Of a DNA stretch of 64,000 nt, positions 28,138 to 36,329 are shown in pieces; position 1 is the stretch's first letter, and the number at the start of each line of letters is the position of its first letter. A model generated the notes under the pieces. It made no database searches, was not told the origin of the DNA, and saw only the letters and a program-made list of their open reading frames with translations. The translations under genes were made by a program, and so were the position numbers. Origin of the DNA: Candidatus Aenigmatarchaeota archaeon (GTDB lineage Archaea > Aenigmatarchaeota > Aenigmatarchaeia > CG10238-14 > SCSR01); the NCBI GenBank assembly GCA_039000165.1, contig JAWBTW010000002.1, positions 19,242 to 83,241 of the forward strand, given 5' to 3'.

Positions 28138-29000
28138 GACAAATAATCCAAGAAACCGCTAAGCTTAAGGATTTCTTCGATATAATTTTTAAAATTCTCT
28201 CTTTCGGCCCTTATTTTCAAGGAATTCCCCACACTTAGAAGTTCTCTGTATGTTCTTTTCATCAAAGACTCTTCTATTTTCTTTTTTTGGCCGTTTGAGG
28301 CAAGCACTATTCTTTTTATTCCCTCTTCTGGAATCTCGTTCAATAAAATTTGCTTTGTTTCTTTATTTCTTAGAAGTTTTTGTAAGATTGAAGGATCGTT
28401 ATAAGAGTCAATAACGCAGAAAGTTAGGAAACCAAGCTCCTCACTAGAATTTGGAGAATACTTAAATTCCCAAGCCTTTGTGAAAGTTATCAAAGCTTCT
28501 TTAAAACTTTTAACCAAATTCTTCATTTGCTCGTTGTTAACAAAGTACCAATACCTGAGAAGGTTTGCTCCGTTCCTGTAATCAAGGTAGGTTTTAACTC
28601 GAGAAAGGCTGTCGCTTACTTCAATCCATTCCTGAGGCAGAAAAATTAACTTGTTTTCCCTTTGATTTTTGATGCTTGGAATCGTTTCGTAAATCATTTT
28701 CTTTACTGGTTGAAGAAAGTTTTCATATAAGTTATGCATTACAAAAAGTTCTTTTTGCATTGCTGGAATCTCTGTTACAAGTTGGGATGTTAGTTCTTCC
28801 AACTTTTTGAACTGAGTTGAAATGCTTTCGTACAAGGGTAAAGAGACTTCATAGCCTCTATCTTCGCTTAGGTAAGCGTCAAGCCATGTTCTGTCCCAAA
28901 AAACATCCAAAGAAGAAATTATCTGGTAAAAGCTTCTTTCATCTTCCAAGTATTTCTCCAGCAAACCCCAATTTTCAAACTTTATTTTTTCTTCTTTCAT
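28125..29000 (-). CDS. Hypothetical protein
   Basis: 291-aa ORF, helical composition; no recognised motif. Confidence 0.6.
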   Translation of the reverse strand: MKEEKIKFENWGLLEKYLEDERSFYQIISSLDVFWDRTWLDAYLSEDRGYEVSLPLYESISTQFKKLEELTSQLVTEIPAMQKELFVMHNLYENFLQPVKKMIYETIPSIKNQRENKLIFLPQEWIEVSDSLSRVKTYLDYRNGANLLRYWYFVNNEQMKNLVKSFKEALITFTKAWEFKYSPNSSEELGFLTFCVIDSYNDPSILQKLLRNKETKQILLNEIPEEGIKRIVLASNGQKKKIEESLMKRTYRELLSVGNSLKIRAERENFKNYIEEILKLSGFLDYLSYVL

Positions 29001-29095
29001 TCTTTAACCTTTTTTAAAATGAAAAAGATAACTCTTTTTTAACTTATATAAGGAAGTAAGTTTTTTAAAAGTTTCTGTTTGCTGACTTTTTTTAA

Positions 29096-29111
29096 TGTTA
29101 GACGTCTAACA
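29096..29111. repeat. 16-bp palindrome TGTTAGACGTCTAACA, copy 1
   Basis: Perfect palindrome, intergenic. Confidence 0.95.
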
Positions 29112-29145
29112 GAAAAGCAGCCAACAAACATTTCATAGATTTTTT

Positions 29146-29190
29146 TGGAATATTCCATACATAACTTATAAATACTTTATGGAATATCCT
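29146..29190 (+). promoter_or_regulatory. Operator-like palindrome TGGAATATTCCA plus a degenerate copy flanking a TATA box
   Basis: TGGAATATTCCA 29146-29157, TTATAAATA 29166-29174, TGGAATATCCT 29180-29190. Confidence 0.6.
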
Positions 29191-29196
29191 TAAATT

Positions 29197-29493
29197 ATGG
29201 AAAAAACCTTTGAAGAAATGCTTGAAAGCGTAAGAGTAAAGAAAGTCTCTCAACTTACAGCAAAAGTTTTTGAAATTATTCATTCTAGATGGCCCACAAA
29301 TCCGCTAGAAGTTGCTGAGATTTTAGGAGATAAAGGAAAAGAGAAAACGCTTTCTGCAAAGTACCTTTACCATTTTCGCAAGCTTAAGGAAATGGGGTTA
29401 ATAGACATGAAAAAAGTTGGAAACACTTACATAGCATGGCCTACTGAGATTGAAAAGCTTAGGGTTGTGCATGAATTATTAAAAGGGTTGTGA
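29197..29493 (+). CDS. Winged-helix DNA-binding protein
   Basis: PTNPLEVAEIL...YHFRKLKEMGLIDMKKVGNTY wHTH pattern. Confidence 0.7.
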   Translation: MEKTFEEMLESVRVKKVSQLTAKVFEIIHSRWPTNPLEVAEILGDKGKEKTLSAKYLYHFRKLKEMGLIDMKKVGNTYIAWPTEIEKLRVVHELLKGL

Positions 29494-29502
29494 GGTGAGA
29501 GA

Positions 29503-30039
29503 ATGGGGATAGCTGTTATGTTGAAAAAACTTTTGCTTGGAAGGGCTTTTTCTGCTGAAGAAGGAAGGGTTACGATTTTGGGAAGATATAACGTAACTTT
29601 AGTGGAAAGTTGTGGATTTGCGTATCTTCATCAGAAAATATTTGAAGAACTTGGAGAAAAAAAGGCTTTTAAAATTTTAATGGAAGCTACAGAAATTGCA
29701 ATCGAAAACGCAACAAAAGCATTTGGACTAGTACCTTTTTTTATGAGCATAGAAAAACTTTTACCTTTAACAGATTTTTATGGATTAGGGAAATTTAGCG
29801 TAATTCACAAAGAAGAAAATGAAAAAAAAGTTGTATTGTTAATTAAAGTTGAAAATTCTCCACTTACAGAATATGCCAAACAAAAATGGGGAAAGAATTC
29901 AAAAATATGTAAAATAGTAGAAGCAAATTTAATTGTGACGGCTAAACTTATCTACAAAAAAACACCAAAAGTAGAGGAAATTTCCTGCTACACTAAAGGT
30001 GCTCCTTATTGTACATTTCGTGTAGAAATAGAAAAGTGA
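29503..30039 (+). CDS. V4R (4-vinyl reductase) domain protein
   Basis: YGLG.F, NSP, IC, C-terminal EISCYTKGAPYCTF. Confidence 0.8.
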   Translation: MGIAVMLKKLLLGRAFSAEEGRVTILGRYNVTLVESCGFAYLHQKIFEELGEKKAFKILMEATEIAIENATKAFGLVPFFMSIEKLLPLTDFYGLGKFSVIHKEENEKKVVLLIKVENSPLTEYAKQKWGKNSKICKIVEANLIVTAKLIYKKTPKVEEISCYTKGAPYCTFRVEIEK

Positions 30040-30044
30040 TTTCT

Positions 30045-31496
30045 ATGATTGAAAAAATAGCATCTTGGTATGTTAAAAGAAAAAGAAATGAAATAGCAAA
30101 AAAAGTGAGAAAAGCAATGCTTTCCATTCCATTCTACAAACAACAAATTAAAAAAAATTCAATCGATTTACATGAAGTAAGAGAAATCAACTCAATAGAA
30201 AAACTTGATAAATTTCTTCAAAAACATAAAATAAATTGGTTAGAATCTACCGAACTAATGAGAAATGATTTTTCTTCTCATTTAAGTCTCGCTCCTACAA
30301 ATAAAAGAATATGGGTGCAAGTATCTTCTGGCTATAGTTTGGTAGAAAAATTGAGAAGTGGAGAAAATTTTTTAGAAAGTGTACAAAAATTTAAAAGAAA
30401 AAAAGTAGCCTTTACTCAAAAAGATTTAGAACTTGTGATAAAAGAAGTTTATCTACGTGGGGCTAAAAGAATAGCCTCAAATGATTCGATACCAACTATT
30501 TCTATTTTTTCCAGAATGTATATTTATGGTGGTTCAGGAACATATCCTTTTGCAGCTCTTGTAAGAGTATCACAGAAGTTTCCTTTAAGAATTTTACCCT
30601 ACGGTGAACCGTTAAGCCAGGAACAACTTTGTGATTATGTACTTGATTCCGTAGAGAATAACACTAACTGGATAATCACTACACCATCAATTTTAAGCGA
30701 CATAGGTAGATTTATGGTAGAAAATAATCTAAGGTACAGGAATCTAAGGTATGTAGGTATGGGTGGATTTAAACCAAGTAAAGAAGTTGTAAATCTAGGA
30801 CATGAAATAGGAGCTAAAATAATTATAGACGCTTACAGTGTTCAAGAATGTATGCCACTCGGTTGTATAGCCTCTGGAACTATATCAAGTGAAGACAAAA
30901 ATTGGGAAACTAATGAAGGATTAATGGTTATGGGAAATTTGTGTCATGTAAGAGTAGTCGATAAAAATGGGGAAAACGTTAGTGAAGGTGAAGAAGGAGA
31001 AATAAGAATAACTTCACCCTTTGAAGGAACGTTTTTAATTGACTATGCTCCTGGTGATATCGGTAAACTTTTAAGTTATACTTCTAGTGTCAGTTTAGAT
31101 AGTTCTAGGGTAAATCTTCCTTTTCCTTTACTTTCCTATGACATAAGAAGAAAAGAAGAAAATGAATATGTAAAGATAAAAGAGTATCCAGTTTCTGTTG
31201 GCATTCTAAAAGAAATCTTAACATCTTATGTTGATTATAATTTTGCGATTTGCAAGCCACAAACAAAGGGAGAACTGCTAATATTAATTCCAAGTAATAT
31301 TGAAGAGAGAAATTATGAAGAAATGTGTAAAAAGATAAGATATACAGTTTGCCCTTTACGATATAGCCTCCTTAGATTCAAAAAAATAGACGAGAGTAAA
31401 CTTAAAAAAATTGTTTTCCCAAGTTTACACCACAAGCCACACAATCTTATCCTCTCGCCCTCAAAAGAACTAGAAAGTGAGCTCTATGCCAGCTAG
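30045..31496 (+). CDS. Divergent PaaK-like adenylate-forming (ANL) enzyme
   Basis: IPFYK, degenerate P-loop VSSGYS, TTPS, DAYSVQEC, EGEIRITS, DYAPGDIG. Confidence 0.65.
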   Translation: MIEKIASWYVKRKRNEIAKKVRKAMLSIPFYKQQIKKNSIDLHEVREINSIEKLDKFLQKHKINWLESTELMRNDFSSHLSLAPTNKRIWVQVSSGYSLVEKLRSGENFLESVQKFKRKKVAFTQKDLELVIKEVYLRGAKRIASNDSIPTISIFSRMYIYGGSGTYPFAALVRVSQKFPLRILPYGEPLSQEQLCDYVLDSVENNTNWIITTPSILSDIGRFMVENNLRYRNLRYVGMGGFKPSKEVVNLGHEIGAKIIIDAYSVQECMPLGCIASGTISSEDKNWETNEGLMVMGNLCHVRVVDKNGENVSEGEEGEIRITSPFEGTFLIDYAPGDIGKLLSYTSSVSLDSSRVNLPFPLLSYDIRRKEENEYVKIKEYPVSVGILKEILTSYVDYNFAICKPQTKGELLILIPSNIEERNYEEMCKKIRYTVCPLRYSLLRFKKIDESKLKKIVFPSLHHKPHNLILSPSKELESELYAS

Positions 31497-32190
31497 CTTA
31501 ACTGATTTGCTCTGGGAAATCTATCCATTTTTTTACGACTCCCTAAACAACTTTGCTCCATACAAAAAAATGATAAGAGATACTGCTGAAAGCTTAAACT
31601 TTAGTAAAGGGAAGAAATTTCTTGACGTTGGTTGCGGAACAGGAAATTTGATTCAATATCTAGTTAAAAATTCTAAGGAAATCGAGGTTTGGGGTATAGA
31701 TGCTTCAGAGCAAGCGCTTAAAATTGCCTCAAAAAAAATTAAAAATTCAAACGCTAACGTCAAGCTTTGCCAGTACTATTTTGAAGAAAAGCTTCCTTTT
31801 AATGATAACTACTTTGACGGAATCGCTGCTGTTAACTTTATAAACTACTTAAGCCCAAGCTCTTTACAAAATTTTGTAAGGGAAGCGAGGAGAATTTTAA
31901 GAAAGGGGGGAAGGCTAAGCTTAGTCTACACAAGCGAAGTAGAATACTTTAAGGGAAAAAGCGGCTTTAAGTACTCTTTAAAAGAAAAACCGAAACAAAC
32001 GATTTTATCCCTTCCTTTCTGCGTGGCTGTTGGCTTGATGAACATTCCCATGAAATTAAAAGTCAACCTTATCCCTTATTCTAAAACTTATGTAGAAAAA
32101 CTTCTTGAGGAAAACAACCTCAAGATCCTTAACACAAAAACAACTTATTATTCTCATAGTACCTTGCTAACAACTAGCGAAAAAATTTAA
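31486..32190 (+). CDS. Class I SAM-dependent methyltransferase
   Basis: LDVGCGTG, GIDAS, LPF.DNYFD, RILRKGG. Confidence 0.9.
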   Translation: MPASLTDLLWEIYPFFYDSLNNFAPYKKMIRDTAESLNFSKGKKFLDVGCGTGNLIQYLVKNSKEIEVWGIDASEQALKIASKKIKNSNANVKLCQYYFEEKLPFNDNYFDGIAAVNFINYLSPSSLQNFVREARRILRKGGRLSLVYTSEVEYFKGKSGFKYSLKEKPKQTILSLPFCVAVGLMNIPMKLKVNLIPYSKTYVEKLLEENNLKILNTKTTYYSHSTLLTTSEKI

Positions 32191-32197
32191 AAAACTT

Positions 32198-32211
32198 TTG
32201 GAATATTCCAA
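32198..32211. promoter_or_regulatory. Palindrome TTGGAATATTCCAA upstream of the transglutaminase gene
   Basis: Same core as 29146-29157. Confidence 0.6.
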
Positions 32212-32239
32212 TTTATCTTTTAACAAACAAATTAATTAT

Positions 32240-32830
32240 ATGTTTGAACCTCCAAAAGGTTATGAAAAATATTGCGAACCAACTTTTTTGTGCGAATCTA
32301 ACCTGCCAGAAATAAAAGAGCTAGCCCAAGCTTTAGCAAAAGATAAAAAAACTCCTGAAGAAGCTGCTAGAGCATTTTTTTATTGGGTAAGGGATAATGT
32401 TGCTTGGAAAGTAGAAGAGATAGTTGGTGCTAAGGAAACGCTAAAAAGAAACCCTATGCATGGAGTATGTGCAGATAAAGCTAATCTCTTCATAGCTCTT
32501 TGCAGAGCTGTTGGAATTCCTGCAAGGTATCTTTTAATATTTAGATGTCAGCTTAACGCTAAGGTAAAGGATTTTCCAAAAAAAGTTGGGCATGTAGCTG
32601 CTAAAGTTTACTTAAACAATGAATGGAAAGTTGTAGATCCAACTTTTGGAAAGGATACGGAAAAGCTAATTCCTTTAAGTGAGTTTGACAGACCAAGCTG
32701 GAAAAGAATTGCTGGAGTCTTGAGAGTAAGAGAGCTTTCTGTTTCCTTAGCTTTATTTTCCATGCTTATTCTAAGGTTTAGTCGCTCTAGCCTAAAGATG
32801 AAAGAATTGATAGAAAGTTTGAGAAAATGA
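32240..32830 (+). CDS. Transglutaminase-like domain protein
   Basis: GVCADKANLFIALCRAVGIPAR, HV, VDPT triad; ATG at 32240. Confidence 0.88.
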   Translation: MFEPPKGYEKYCEPTFLCESNLPEIKELAQALAKDKKTPEEAARAFFYWVRDNVAWKVEEIVGAKETLKRNPMHGVCADKANLFIALCRAVGIPARYLLIFRCQLNAKVKDFPKKVGHVAAKVYLNNEWKVVDPTFGKDTEKLIPLSEFDRPSWKRIAGVLRVRELSVSLALFSMLILRFSRSSLKMKELIESLRK

Positions 32831-32842
32831 AAAGGTTGTTAA

Positions 32843-32858
32843 TGTTAGACGTCTAACA
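32843..32858. repeat. 16-bp palindrome TGTTAGACGTCTAACA, copy 2
   Basis: Perfect palindrome. Confidence 0.95.
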
Positions 32859-32862
32859 ATTT

Positions 32863-32983
32863 CTAAACTAACCACTTCCACAAAGGTTTGAAAACAATTT
32901 TTTTGTTTTCTATTTTTAATTGATCTTCATAATCCCAGGTTATCACTAGCAAATCCTTGCATTTAAGCAAGGAGGATGCTTTA
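32863..32983 (-). pseudogene. 3'-terminal fragment of an AAA_14/DUF4143 ATPase paralog
   Basis: Translates KASSLLKCKDLLVITWDYEDQLKIENKKIVFKPLWKWLV*, close to the C-terminus of 34359-35642. Confidence 0.9.
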
Positions 32984-32987
32984 AAAT

Positions 32988-33003
32988 TGTTAAATGTCTA
33001 ACG
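32988..33003. repeat. Degenerate palindrome TGTTAAATGTCTAACG (13/16), copy 3
   Basis: Direct comparison with the perfect copies. Confidence 0.75.
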
Positions 33004-33013
33004 TATAAAAAAC

Positions 33014-34294
33014 TCATTCACCCAAAACCTCAATTCCGTTCATGTAAGGAACCAAAACTTTTGGAATTTTCACGCTCCCGTCTTTTTGCTGGAAGTGTTC
33101 GAGAATGGCTAGCATGGTCCTGCTTGTCGCTAAGGCAGTAGAGTTTAAAGTATGGACAAAACCTTTTGGTTTTTCTCCTTCCTTTTCTCTAAACCTAATG
33201 TTAAGCCTTCTTGCTTGGTAATCTGTGCAATTAGAGTTTGAGCCTATTTCCCTAAACTTTCCGTCAACCATCCAAACCTCTGTATCGTACTTTTTTGCCG
33301 CTACTGTTCCTATATCTCCTGTGCAAACGTTTACTACACGGTAATGCAAACCTAAAGCTTGATAGAGCTCCTCACAATTTCTTTGCAGCTCTTCGTGCAA
33401 ATCCCAGGAATCTTCTGGCAAGCAAAAAATGAATTGCTCAACCTTGTTAAACTGATGCATCCTGAAAAATCCTTTCGTGTATTTTCCGTGCGTACCTATT
33501 TCTTTTCTAAAACATGGACTTATTCCAACAAACTTCAAAGGCAAGTCTTTTTTATTTAAAATTTCATTCATGAACATTGCTCCTATAGGATGCTCAGAAG
33601 TTGCTATCAAGTATAAATCTTCATTCTCTATTTTGTAAGTTACCATTTCAAAATCGCTTGGGTCTATCATTCCTTCGTAAGCTTTTCTGTTTATCATGAA
33701 AGGAGGCTCTACAGGAATATAGCCTTTTTTAATCATAAAATCTAGAGCAAACTTTTGAATGGCTAGATCGAGCAAAACCAATTCTTTTTTTAAGTAGAAA
33801 AAGCCTGCCCCAGCAACTTTTGCTGCCCTTTCTTGATCTACCAAACCCAACTCTAAAGCAATTTCTAGATGATTTTTTGGTTTAAAGTTAAACTTTGGTG
33901 GGGAACCAACTCTTCTTATTTCAACATTATCGTTTTCATCTTTACCAAAAGGTACAGAATCGTGCAAAATGTTCGGTAGCTTGAGCAAAATATCCCTTAC
34001 TTCTTTTTCCAGTCTGCTCGACTCTTCTTCCATTCTTTTTATTTCGTCATGGATTTTCTTAGCTTCGTTTAAGATTTTGCTTGTATCCTTGTTTTCTTTC
34101 TTCAACCTTGAAATTTCTAAAGTAAGTTTGTTCCTTCTGTTTCTCAGCTTGTTTATTTCTGTTTTGAGGCCACGCAATTTCTTGTCAAGCTCTAAAAGCC
34201 TTTCGAACATTTTCAATTTTTCCGGGTCTTGCCTCTTTTCCAAATTTTTCCTTACAAACTCTGGCCTCTCTCTTATCAATTTAATGTCAAGCAT
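33014..34294 (-). CDS. serS: Serine--tRNA ligase
   Basis: MLDIKLIRE, IATSEH, FRKE.G, RMHQFNKVE, SNCTDYQARRL, HTLNST. Confidence 0.95.
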   Translation of the reverse strand: MLDIKLIRERPEFVRKNLEKRQDPEKLKMFERLLELDKKLRGLKTEINKLRNRRNKLTLEISRLKKENKDTSKILNEAKKIHDEIKRMEEESSRLEKEVRDILLKLPNILHDSVPFGKDENDNVEIRRVGSPPKFNFKPKNHLEIALELGLVDQERAAKVAGAGFFYLKKELVLLDLAIQKFALDFMIKKGYIPVEPPFMINRKAYEGMIDPSDFEMVTYKIENEDLYLIATSEHPIGAMFMNEILNKKDLPLKFVGISPCFRKEIGTHGKYTKGFFRMHQFNKVEQFIFCLPEDSWDLHEELQRNCEELYQALGLHYRVVNVCTGDIGTVAAKKYDTEVWMVDGKFREIGSNSNCTDYQARRLNIRFREKEGEKPKGFVHTLNSTALATSRTMLAILEHFQQKDGSVKIPKVLVPYMNGIEVLGE

Positions 34295-34342
34295 GTTTTT
34301 ACCTTAATTTCAATTAATTAAAGGTTGCTCAAATATTTTCTT

Positions 34343-34358
34343 TGTTAGACGTCTAACA
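34343..34358. repeat. 16-bp palindrome TGTTAGACGTCTAACA, copy 4
   Basis: Perfect palindrome abutting the ATPase stop codon. Confidence 0.95.
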
Positions 34359-35642
34359 TTAAAAAAAGTCAACCAATAACCATTTCCACAAAGGCTTAAA
34401 AACAATTTTTTTGTTTTTTATCTTTTGTTGACCTTCATAATCCCAGGTTATCACTAGCAAATCTTTACATTTAAGTTCTTTGCTTGCCTTTATTAAAGAC
34501 CTAATTTCCCTTTTCTCAACCTCATCTTTACTAGAAGCATAAGTAACTTGAATTAGTTGATTGATTTTTAAACCTTTTTTCACGGCAAAATCTACCTCAA
34601 AATCGTTCGATTTGAAGTAAAAAATTTCATCAACTTTTCCTTCAAACTTTTTTCTCAAAAGAGAAATAGCTACCAAGTTTTCCATTTTTTTCCCAAAATC
34701 TTTTGAAAACCTTGGTTCAATCGCAAAGTAAACATTATCTACCAAATAAATCTTTGCAGGATACTTTGCTCTTTCTCTGTACTTTAAAGAAAATCTTTTT
34801 ATCGGAAAAACAAACAAAGCCTCTTCCACATACCTCAAATAATTCGCTAAGGTTTTTTTGCTAACTTTCAAGCCGATCGATTTCAATTCTTTTTCAATTT
34901 TTGTTAATGAGATATAGGAGGAAGAGTTTGCTATGCAATACCTAACAAAATAATCCATAAGTGTAACATTTTTTATTTTAAACCTTTCTATCAAATCCTT
35001 AAAAAATACGGTAGTAAAATAGGTTCTTGCTATTTCAATTTTCTTGTTTTTCTCGTCAGCAAGAAGAATTTCAGGATACCCTCCAAAATCAAGAAATTCT
35101 TTCAAAAGCATTAAAATTTCACCAACCTTTGCCTTAGAAATTTCTTCCCTAACTACAAACTTTTTTAGCTTAAGAAACTCTTTAAAGGTAAAAGGAAAAA
35201 TTATATAAGGAATACACCTTCCCCTTAGCTCGGTTGAAATCTCTCTGCTTAAAAGTTTTGAAGAAGAACCAGAAATTATTATTTTATATTTTTGGAAATT
35301 GTGCAAAGTTCTAACGAACGAAGGCCATTCTTCTAACTCTTGAATTTCGTCCAAGAAAAGAAAAACTTGATTTTTAAACAGTGAATTTACTTCCTTTAAA
35401 AACTCAGAAACACCAATTTTTCTTACTCTTGGGTCGGTAAAATCTATGTAAACAACATTATCTTTGGAATTATTCTTTTCAAAGAGCTCTTTTATTAGCT
35501 GGAACATAAAATAGGTTTTACCAGCTCTTCTTGGTCCTATAAGGGAAACTATGTGCTTGTTTATCCATACCTTTAAATCTCTCTCGATTATATCTTGCGG
35601 TAGTTCTTTCTCTTTCCACTCTAGTAAAACCTCTCTTAGCAT
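34359..35642 (-). CDS. AAA_14 ATPase with DUF4143 (PD-(D/E)xK-like) C-terminus
   Basis: GPRRAGKT, LDEIQ, SGSSS, GGYPE, KIYLVD, EVDF..IQV. Confidence 0.9.
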   Translation of the reverse strand: MLREVLLEWKEKELPQDIIERDLKVWINKHIVSLIGPRRAGKTYFMFQLIKELFEKNNSKDNVVYIDFTDPRVRKIGVSEFLKEVNSLFKNQVFLFLDEIQELEEWPSFVRTLHNFQKYKIIISGSSSKLLSREISTELRGRCIPYIIFPFTFKEFLKLKKFVVREEISKAKVGEILMLLKEFLDFGGYPEILLADEKNKKIEIARTYFTTVFFKDLIERFKIKNVTLMDYFVRYCIANSSSYISLTKIEKELKSIGLKVSKKTLANYLRYVEEALFVFPIKRFSLKYRERAKYPAKIYLVDNVYFAIEPRFSKDFGKKMENLVAISLLRKKFEGKVDEIFYFKSNDFEVDFAVKKGLKINQLIQVTYASSKDEVEKREIRSLIKASKELKCKDLLVITWDYEGQQKIKNKKIVFKPLWKWLLVDFF

Positions 35643-35654
35643 AAAAGAAATATA

Positions 35655-35683
35655 GGAAACAAAAATATATATTTTTTGTTTCC
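35655..35683. promoter_or_regulatory. Inverted repeat over the TATA element of the ATPase promoter
   Basis: GGAAACAAAAA-TATATAT-TTTTTGTTTCC. Confidence 0.55.
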
Positions 35684-35712
35684 CTTAGGGAAATTTTAGA
35701 AAGTTGGTTTTT

Positions 35713-35728
35713 TGTTAGACGTCTAACA
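35713..35728. repeat. 16-bp palindrome TGTTAGACGTCTAACA, copy 5
   Basis: Perfect palindrome upstream of the ATPase. Confidence 0.95.
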
Positions 35729-35757
35729 CAAAAAATCCTTATTTATACTTTTAAATG

Positions 35758-35994
35758 CTAACTTTCGTTTAAATTTTCATAATTTTTATTCTCTCCAAAT
35801 TTCTTTTTTCCTAATAAATAGCCTAGAATAGCTCCATAACAAAAAGCAAAATCTTTTTCTTTTCCTTCTGCTAGCTTTATTCCGAACTTTAAGCCTTTGA
35901 TAAAAGAATCCAAGTATTCTTTTCCTTCTGCCTCTTCAAAAAATTTTTCCATCAAAACTTTTGTAAAATTTAAGTATCTTTTTTCTTCTTCCAC
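35758..35994 (-). CDS. Hypothetical protein
   Basis: 78-aa ORF, GTG start. Confidence 0.5.
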   Translation of the reverse strand: MEEEKRYLNFTKVLMEKFFEEAEGKEYLDSFIKGLKFGIKLAEGKEKDFAFCYGAILGYLLGKKKFGENKNYENLNES

Positions 35995-36043
35995 AAAGAA
36001 AAAATGAAAGAAAAAGTATTTAAGTACTTGAAAAAACTCAAAA

Positions 36044-36298
36044 TTATTCCATCTTTTTCCCTTCTTTATATCCTCTTAAAAGCTTCTCCATCTCTTTTTC
36101 ATATTCTTTTCTAAGCTCAGAAATCTTGCCCAAATAATCTAGCGTTAAAGACCTTATTTTTTCCTGAGCTTCGCTTCTACCTTCTAAAAACTCCCTAAAC
36201 AAAGAATAAGCTATGTTACCAGCCAGAAGAGAAGAAATCAGACTTTCCCAATTCCTCACGTAATCCAAATCCTTCTTTATTTCTTCAAAACTTCTCAT
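36044..36298 (-). CDS. Hypothetical protein
   Basis: ATG at 36298 (MRSFEE...), coiled-coil-like. Confidence 0.55.
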   Translation of the reverse strand: MRSFEEIKKDLDYVRNWESLISSLLAGNIAYSLFREFLEGRSEAQEKIRSLTLDYLGKISELRKEYEKEMEKLLRGYKEGKKME

Positions 36299-36329
36299 AC
36301 TTTTAAAATAAAGAATAAATTTTAAAAAA

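Noticed and set aside
32851..32995. Canonical integron attC site (GTCTAAC...GTTAAAT)
   Set aside because: The interior is ATPase coding remnant with no visible L-box hairpin, and there is no integrase in the window; kept only as a resemblance
29096..35728. Palindrome copies as a CRISPR array
   Set aside because: Spacing is irregular (145 to 3747 bp), the intervals contain genes, and no cas genes are present
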